Shown here piece by piece: positions 56,980-64,000 of a stretch of DNA of 64,000 nucleotides; position 1 is the stretch's first letter, and every line of letters begins with the position of its first letter. A program made the translations under genes and the position numbers. The notes under the pieces were generated by a model, which worked only from the letters and a program-made list of their open reading frames with translations, searched no databases and had not been told where the DNA came from. This DNA comes from Podarcis erhardii. Its lineage: Eukaryota. The stretch is from the NCBI GenBank assembly GCA_964252035.1, contig OZ176207.1; one strand, given 5' to 3'.

Positions 56980-59900
56980 ATTTTTGAGAAATGTACGGCT
57001 GATTCACACAAGCATGTGCATGAGTTGATTTCTTATCAACTGATCAGTCAACACAGAACAGGCAAAATGTTGTGTTCTTCGAAGTAACACCCGATTAAAA
57101 CAAAACTTGTATCTTTGGTGTTAGATCTGTGATGATTCCGCCCACTTCTTGTTGCAATAATCAAGTGATGAATATGCCTGTGTGAATTACCCCTTCAGCA
57201 CAGCATCTTTCAGACTGGCTCATAAGGTTTCAGTACCTGCCTAGCAGACCTGGATGAAGTAGCAGCTTTGTTGCTCTGCATCTTTTATTGGAACTCCTTT
57301 AAATTCAAACAGTATAAAGGCTGCTCTGCAACGCCCCTTCTTCAACGAAGGACCAAGTAAGTGAACAATAATTGATGCAGTCATGTTATGGGTGCAAGAT
57401 TCTGCACATAGATAGATCCTTGTAGATTTCAATAGAGCCCTGCTCCTTTATCCCTGGTAAAGGCAGTACACCAGGGCAGCCCAGGGAATGGAAGATCTCT
57501 GTGTATCTCCCACATACACACCCATAACGTCTCCTTGCTTTCAGTCAAATTATGTGAGCTCTAGTGCTAGAGTTCCCAGTTTTTTGGGTTTGGCCTGGAC
57601 AGGAGCATTCAAAATATAATTTGGCATCTCTGGTCTGAAATGTTTAACCCAGGCTGTACCACATGTTACTTCTACATGTTTAAATATGCTTCAGACACCA
57701 CAAGATGAGGGCAGGTTTGGATGACTCTAGTTCTGAGTCCATGTACTGAAGTACATGCTGGCACCTTACCTGTCAATGTGGGAGTCAGCAGGAGCATGGT
57801 GGTCTCTCTCCCCACCGCAACCTAGCGTCAAGTGTAGGGCTCACTAATTGTCAAGTGGCAGAGGAGCCAACCTCCACAGCACGTTGCCAGAAACAGAAAA
57901 GACAATGAAAAGTCCTTACCACCTTCTTTTTATTCAATATTTACAGAGAGAGGCTTGTGAATGCAGCCTTTTGGAATAATGGCGGTGTCCCAACTAAATC
58001 TCCATGCTTCTTCTCTCCCACTTCAACAGCATTGCCCCCCTTTACGGTGACCGCTTAAGGCCATCTGTCTCCAAGCCCTTTGCTCTCCTACTTTTCAGGC
58101 TCGCCGGGTTCTGGGAGATGGTGGGTCTGGAATGCTTTCTAGTGACAACATGTCAGCCAGCTGCTGCTCTGGCTCTGCCTCCTCCTCCTCTCCCATTATT
58201 TCCCAACTTTCCCCCTCATCTTTCTCTAAGCTGTGACTTCCCTCAAACCCCTGTTGTAATTCTGAACTGTCTTCTTCTCTGGAAGGGCCAGGTTGAGGAG
58301 ACAGTCTCCAACACTCCTCCTCTGCCCAGTCCCTGTCACTAATCCTAAACTGGTAGGAGCTGGGTTCACACAAACCCCTCCATACATTCGAAGAACACAC
58401 AAAGGGAACACACAGTCTAGTCCCATCTACTGCTACTGTAGGGTGACCTAGCCCTGTCCATCACTACCACCCCAAAGTCTCTGCATTCAGCTGGCGCTAG
58501 AAGGAGTTCAGTGCATTTACAAAAGTACACAGGCAGAACTCCTCCAGATGCAGAGGGACTCTGCCCAGCACATATAACTCCTTCCAACATCTGTTGAATG
58601 CATAGACAGTAGAAAAGCGGCAGCAGTGGGTGGAACTAGACTGCATGGCCCTGCGATCATCTCCCTGCCTTCTTTAGACTCAAGGATGGCTTCATGTGAA
58701 CCCCTTAGTTAATTTGGAGTGCGTGCTTCAAGTGCCACTCTTCAAGGTCCTCTATCAATAGTTAGCTGCTTTCATGACAAAGTCTTGATATAGAGCAGAG
58801 TGCTATGGAAAGCCTGTTAAAACAAACTAGTTAAGGACCTTTCAGTGGCAAACGGTTGGCCCTAGTCTCTAGGTGCTAATATTATGTGATGGCTTATGCA
58901 TATTGGAGGGCATACCCAAAGAAGGAATATGGTGCTTGAAGGTAAAACAGTATAATACTTGATTAATATTATGAAGAAATCACAACACATATTGTTTTAC
59001 GAAACAAGTGCAGTGCAGGTTGATAAAAATCTTGTGCCACTAATGAAAGTAACCAATATAAAATTATCACTGGACACAAAAGATCACATTTCTATATGGA
59101 ATAAATGCATGGTTGAAAAGCAGAGTAGAGTAATTTGTGGTGATGCGGGCAGAATGGTTAATTTTGTGAGGACATTTTGGATGATTCTACTGGATGAAGT
59201 TCTGATGAAATTGTCTAGGTCCCCTCATCTCTGCATATATTGCATATCTAAAGCAGGAATTTATGGCCTTGCACTCAGGTTCCTAACCTTTAGAGACATT
59301 TAATGAATTCCGATGACTTAATATCCTTCCAGTAGGTTTGAAATTGTTGTGGCGTGAAAACAATAACCATAGGCATACAGGCATTTTGTTATTATATGGC
59401 TTGCTTCTAATTTCACGGAAGTCATCAGCCATCTTGGCAGTTATGTATAGAGCTTAACTCTCTCCCACTTAAATTGAGCATTGGCTGCACCGTGTCCACT
59501 ATTCATTATTCAGATCTATTACCCTTGTTGGCCTGTTCCAGGCTTATGCAGGATTTGCCTTTCTTTTCTAAGAGGTGAGATAATGGTCATCCCAAGTAAG
59601 CTCCCCTCCACCACCCCAATAACATATCCTTAGTGTTTACATTTTATCCCATCCGATGCCCATACTATTTTAAACATGATATGTGGTTTGCTAGTAGTTT
59701 GCAATTCTCATACCTCATTGCATAAATTAATGAACCAGCCTGCACCTCATTACTCTCTGAGTTAAGCATAATTGCCACTTGAAATATCGTGAAGTGATAG
59801 TTTCCATTCTGTCCAGTCCATTGTTTTTATCAAACAGAGAGGCTTGTTGAGAATTGCACTCTGACATTTTCTTTGGGATAGCATGCTGATTCAAGGACAG

Positions 59901-60388
59901 CGATATCAACATTAACAAATCAGAGTAGTCATCTTTTTGAGAAAACAAATGATAATTTTCTTCAACGTGGGCTCAAGTTAGATATTGGAACTCATTAGCT
60001 TTAGAGCTTCACTGCATCTCTTCACTTTGCCGTTGTTCTCTATTTTGTAACTTTCACAGATTTATTTCATGTCTGAATTTACTACCATGTAGGGGAGACA
60101 ACGGCTGCATTTCAGGCATTATTGTAACTTAGAAATTCCATGCGGAGGGGGTTCTTCAGGGAGCTCTTTGTCTATGTCCACTGTCTGAGGCAGGGAATCT
60201 CTAGTATTCATGGATGCTCCTGCACAAAGCAGAACCCTGGAAAATCAGAGTTCCATATTCCACGGATAGCCTTCGCAAGTAGAAGGCTGCTCCCTGCGTC
60301 AGACATTTGCCCTTCGGCTCAGGAAGGGCAATGGGTACAGGGATGGCAGAGTGGAGCTGATGTGCTCATCCCCGTGACTCCCCATCAC

Positions 60389-60573
60389 CAGAGGTGGATT
60401 TAGGGCAGTGTGACCAGTTCACCTGCACAGGGTGCTAAGCTGAGGGGGGAATTGCAGAGCACTGCAACTTTGATGTAGTGCATGTACAGAACAGAAGGCA
60501 AGAGACAGGGGGCACTGAAATTTGACCTCACACAGGGCGCTGCTGAACTTTGAAAGACCAAAGTCTGCCCCTG
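60389..60573. mobile_element. Degenerate hAT-type MITE
   Basis: Termini CAGAGGTGGATTT / AAGTCTGCCCCTG; TSD not convincing. Confidence 0.5.
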
Positions 60574-61324
60574 CTTTCACATGCACAATGTCCAGATTTC
60601 AATGATGCCAAAATCGGTAAAATGTACACTCACTTCATTGACTCTCATGGGCATGGAGGAGCTGTTCATAATCAGGAGCTTCCTTATTGCCTTCAATGAT
60701 AGAGGATCACTCACATGAAAATCGGAATATGCAGCCATGAATTGTTCCTCAGTACTGAAAAAACATAGGGCATCCTGACGGGAGCTCTATGAGTAGACTG
60801 GAGCCCAGCAATATTTCTTATGGTTCTTGTGAATAGAGGTTTCCCATTAGTGGTAGTGGAGGAAGACCAAATCAATGGACACAAAATAATGTATCCCAAT
60901 CCAGCAAGGGCTACACCGAGGCAGGTTCCACATAGGCATCTCTTGTGGGGCTGAAAACCACATGAACAACCTCATTTTATGCATGTAGTTATTGACTGCA
61001 TCCAGATTCTCTGTGTGTGGTCTCTGTCGTTCAATTAGCAACCATGGCCACAGCCCCAATCCGGAAGATCAGTGCAAACTGGAAGATCACTGCACACTAC
61101 ATGGATCACTGTTTCAGAAACCTGAATCTTAAGCAGGTGATTGGTGCTTTCAGAACAATAGCATATAGTTCAATCAACACTACTGAGGATTTTCCCCTTA
61201 TTTATGTATTTATTCTTACATTTATATCCTCCCCCCACCCCAAAATCGAGATGGCTTAAGGGCAGTATCTCATTCAGGCATTGACCATACCTAGACCTGT
61301 AAGGTTGCTGCATCATGTGCCTTT

Positions 61325-61425
61325 AGACCAAGAATCTGGAATATTTGGCCTTCCAGATTCCATCTCCCATAAGCCATAGCCAACATGGCCATTGGTCAAG
61401 AATGATGGGAGTTGTAGTCCAGTTC
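61325..61425. mobile_element. Remnant of the short hAT MITE family (11453/37838 type)
   Basis: CATCTCCCATAAGCC...CCATTGGTCAAGAATGATGGGAGTTGTAGTCC. Confidence 0.5.
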
Positions 61426-61802
61426 CTCACCATTGCTTTAGACATTGAAACTATGATTTTGTTAACTTTCCTCTCCTTCCTTAGTTCTATAACTGGAATT
61501 AGACTTAATAATCATGACAGTCTTTCTGTTGCACTGCCAGTATGCAAAGGGCTTTACATGATCCATTTATGTTTCTGTAAGTTGACCCCCATGGCCAGAC
61601 ATTTTGTGAGCTTCATGACCAAGCAAGTGCTTGAACCCGGGTGCATCACAGCAAGCAAAGCCAACTGTCTTCGACTTAAGACTGAATTGCATCAAATTGT
61701 ATTGTAAACCTGGGTCCTAATTCACTTGCAGGAAGGTTACACAAGTCTGCTCTTTACTGAGTCTTCATTCTGACAACACTGAGACAAGTTCTTTCCAGTG
61801 TA

Positions 61803-62044
61803 CAGTGGTACCTCGGGTTAAGTACTTAATTCGTTCCGGAGGTCCGTTCTTAACCTTAAACTGTTCTTAATATGAAGCACCACTTTAGCTAATGGAGCCT
61901 CCTGCTGCTGCCATGCCGCTGGAGCACAATTTCTGTTCTCATCCTGAAGCAAACTTCATAACCCGAGGTACTATTTCTGGGTTAGCGGAGTCTCTAACCT
62001 GAAACGTATGTAACCTGAAGCGTATGTAACCCGAGGTACCACTT
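61803..62044. mobile_element. 242-bp pogo/Tigger-like MITE, opposite orientation to 38911
   Basis: TA-CAGTGGTACCTCGGGTTA ... TAACCCGAGGTACCACTT-TA. Confidence 0.92.
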
Positions 62045-62611
62045 TATTTTCTGTTTGCTTTCCTTGTTGCAAAAAGTCTGATCTTTGGGGGGAAATTGTT
62101 TTATTGTGCAAGACCTCCAAATCAACTTTAATTGTGTAACCTGAATTTGCTGGTATGTGACTGAATCTCACCCAAAAACAGTGATAGTCTAGAAGCACTC
62201 TTGCCTGCGGTTTGATCTGTATGGCTATTTTTTCATTTATCTCTGTGGTTTGTTTTTTTAATGTAACTCTATTGGGCACAAGTGGAAATGCCATTGTTAG
62301 CCATGACTCCACTTTTGTGGCTAGCGTCCATAGTTGCATTGTGATTTTACTGTTCCCACTCATTCAATTTCACATATGGTATATTTTGATGGAATTAACT
62401 CTGGTCGGCAAGGATTCTACACTGCAAAGGGCACACATCATCAGCAGTTCGTAATGCTGATTCAATACTAAAAAGGCCCTAAACACATACACTGACTATT
62501 TCTGCCCAAGGTTAAATATAAATTTATACTACCAAGGCATTATACTGACTTCCTTATTTGAAACAAGAGAATGCATTCTTTTTCTTTCTTACATGTGGAC
62601 ACATGCGTGCG

Positions 62612-62614
<3 letters not shown>

Positions 62615-62644
<30 letters not shown>
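62615..62644. repeat. (AC)15 microsatellite
   Basis: Direct reading. Confidence 0.95.
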
Positions 62645-62646
<2 letters not shown>

Positions 62647-63444
62647 AGACATAGATATATGGTATGCCACAGAAAGTGCTTTTGGACAGGAGGAAAAAAA
62701 AATCAGAGTTGAAATTATACTGCCATATAGCCTTTATGTGAGCTCTTCTCATTATATATTTATTGTTTCTTCACTATCAAAAATGATCATTATCATTGCT
62801 GTTTTCACCTGCCTTTCAAAACCAAATGCCTGTTATCTTTTCTTTGCTTCACCCAGATACATTCTATGGTGCATGCAGTTAAACATAAAATGATAAAATG
62901 TTTCTATGGACAGACTATTTTTCAAGGAAACCTCCCTTTCCCCATTCTTTCTGCAGGAGAGCAGCTCAAAGCTTCCTTTTCCGTTTCCGCAAGAGGATCA
63001 GCAAAGCGTTTTTTCAACAGTCCATGCCAGGTCTACTTGTGAATCAGCCTGGTGAGTTTAATGCTTCATTTATGAGGGGATGGGTGCATCTAAATGCCTC
63101 TTTCCCTAAAGAACTTTCATTGCTAGCAAGTTGGTGCCAGAATCCCAAGACATAGAACCAACCAAAGCATTCAAATTCACCTTGGATGTACATGAATAGT
63201 GCTTACATGCGAGGCCTACTTGTGTGAACAGTAAAATATTAGGGAAGTTCTCCCAGGGGAGAATGCAGTGGTACTAGTTTTTATTGATGGGGTGCAACAA
63301 GGAGGCAGAAGTTTTGAACTCATAAGCTCTGATGCTACCACATCTTCTGCGAGCAAACTTCTCTGACATGTGCAATGATGCTTGTGCCTGTGGATAGGAA
63401 ACTGCCTTCCAGTGCCTTTAATTCAGTCAGATTGGTTCATCTAG

Positions 63445-63620
63445 TTCAGTACAGGAGGTGAGCATTTTGTGCAGGAATTTCATTCCTGGCCCCTGCTCTG
63501 CCCCAGTCCACTCTGCTCTGCCTCAGTCTGCCTTATTCCCCCCATTCTGCCCTCTTCTGGGGTCCCAAAGTAGCTTTGTAGCAGCAGTCGCATATCAGTT
63601 GGACACATGCAAAATGGGCA
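63445..63620. repeat. Unclassified interspersed repeat (inverted homologue of 18690-18900)
   Basis: See 18690-18900. Confidence 0.55.
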
Positions 63621-63744
63621 CAGCCTGTATTGCATTATGTTACCTGACAGTGGCTCTTCAGAGCTTCAAGCAAGGGCTTCAACTAGTTCTACCTGGAGAT
63701 GACAGGGATTCAACAGGCCAAACATGTACTCTACCCAGAAACGC

Positions 63745-63900
63745 AGCAGCGCATCTGCATCTGCATCAGCATAACCAGACGCCTTCATCTGCCCCAGCTG
63801 CAATAAAACACATTTCTCCCATATCAGTCCCTACAGCCACAGCAGGCCCTAGAGCCTCACACTCCTCCATTGTCTCCCGGGACAAATGGATGCCAACAAA
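63745..63900 (+). mobile_element. RTE-clade LINE 3' end
   Basis: Encodes PDAFICPSCNKTHFSHISPYSHSR, a decayed CxxC...SRIGLxSH zinc finger typical of RTE ORF ends, then CCATTGTCTCCCGGGACAAATGGATGCCAAC. Confidence 0.75.
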
Positions 63901-64000
63901 CCCCTGAGCTCCAGCCCTTCTCCTTTACTATTTATTTATCTGCAAAATCCATATATCACTTGACTGAAGAAAAAAAAAAATGAAAACATGAAAGTGGTTT

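Noticed and set aside
57129-57230. C/D snoRNA candidate (GTGATGA C box twice)
   Set aside because: No correctly placed CTGA D box or terminal stem.
1-64000. ORF-track ORFs as host or viral genes
   Set aside because: All are 150 aa or shorter apart from one that spans N. None resembles a protein family I know except decayed CR1, L1, RTE, L2 and RTE-X-like termini. Many lie in repeats or microsatellites. No endogenous viral protein signature was recognised.
1-64000. CRISPR array, rRNA or prokaryote-type system
   Set aside because: No regularly spaced repeat-spacer array, rRNA-like sequence or operon-like gene density; the DNA is vertebrate non-coding sequence.

Overview
This is non-coding vertebrate nuclear DNA, almost certainly from a squamate and most like a lacertid lizard (inferred from the repeat complement). 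It contains Sauria SINEs with an (ACCTTT)n tail, other tRNA-derived SINEs, 3' fragments of CR1, L2, L1, RTE and possibly RTE-X LINEs, many non-autonomous DNA transposons (hAT, pogo/Tigger-like, Tc2-like, Harbinger-like), a solo LTR with a perfect target-site duplication (TSD), microsatellites and two N gaps. I recognise no host protein-coding gene, rRNA, true tRNA gene, known miRNA or CRISPR array. The only ORF-track peptides I can assign are decayed retrotransposon ORF2 C-termini. I found no supportable novel biological system. The best second-look items are: a Tc2-like MITE carrying four near-perfect hairpins with mirrored changes; a 0.8-kb TSD-less promoter-to-polyA cassette inserted in a CR1; several precisely resolvable nested insertions that give a relative TE chronology; and TE-poor, CpG-retaining blocks that may be conserved enhancers. 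TE family names come from recognising termini and motifs, not from a database search. Boundaries without TSD support are approximate.
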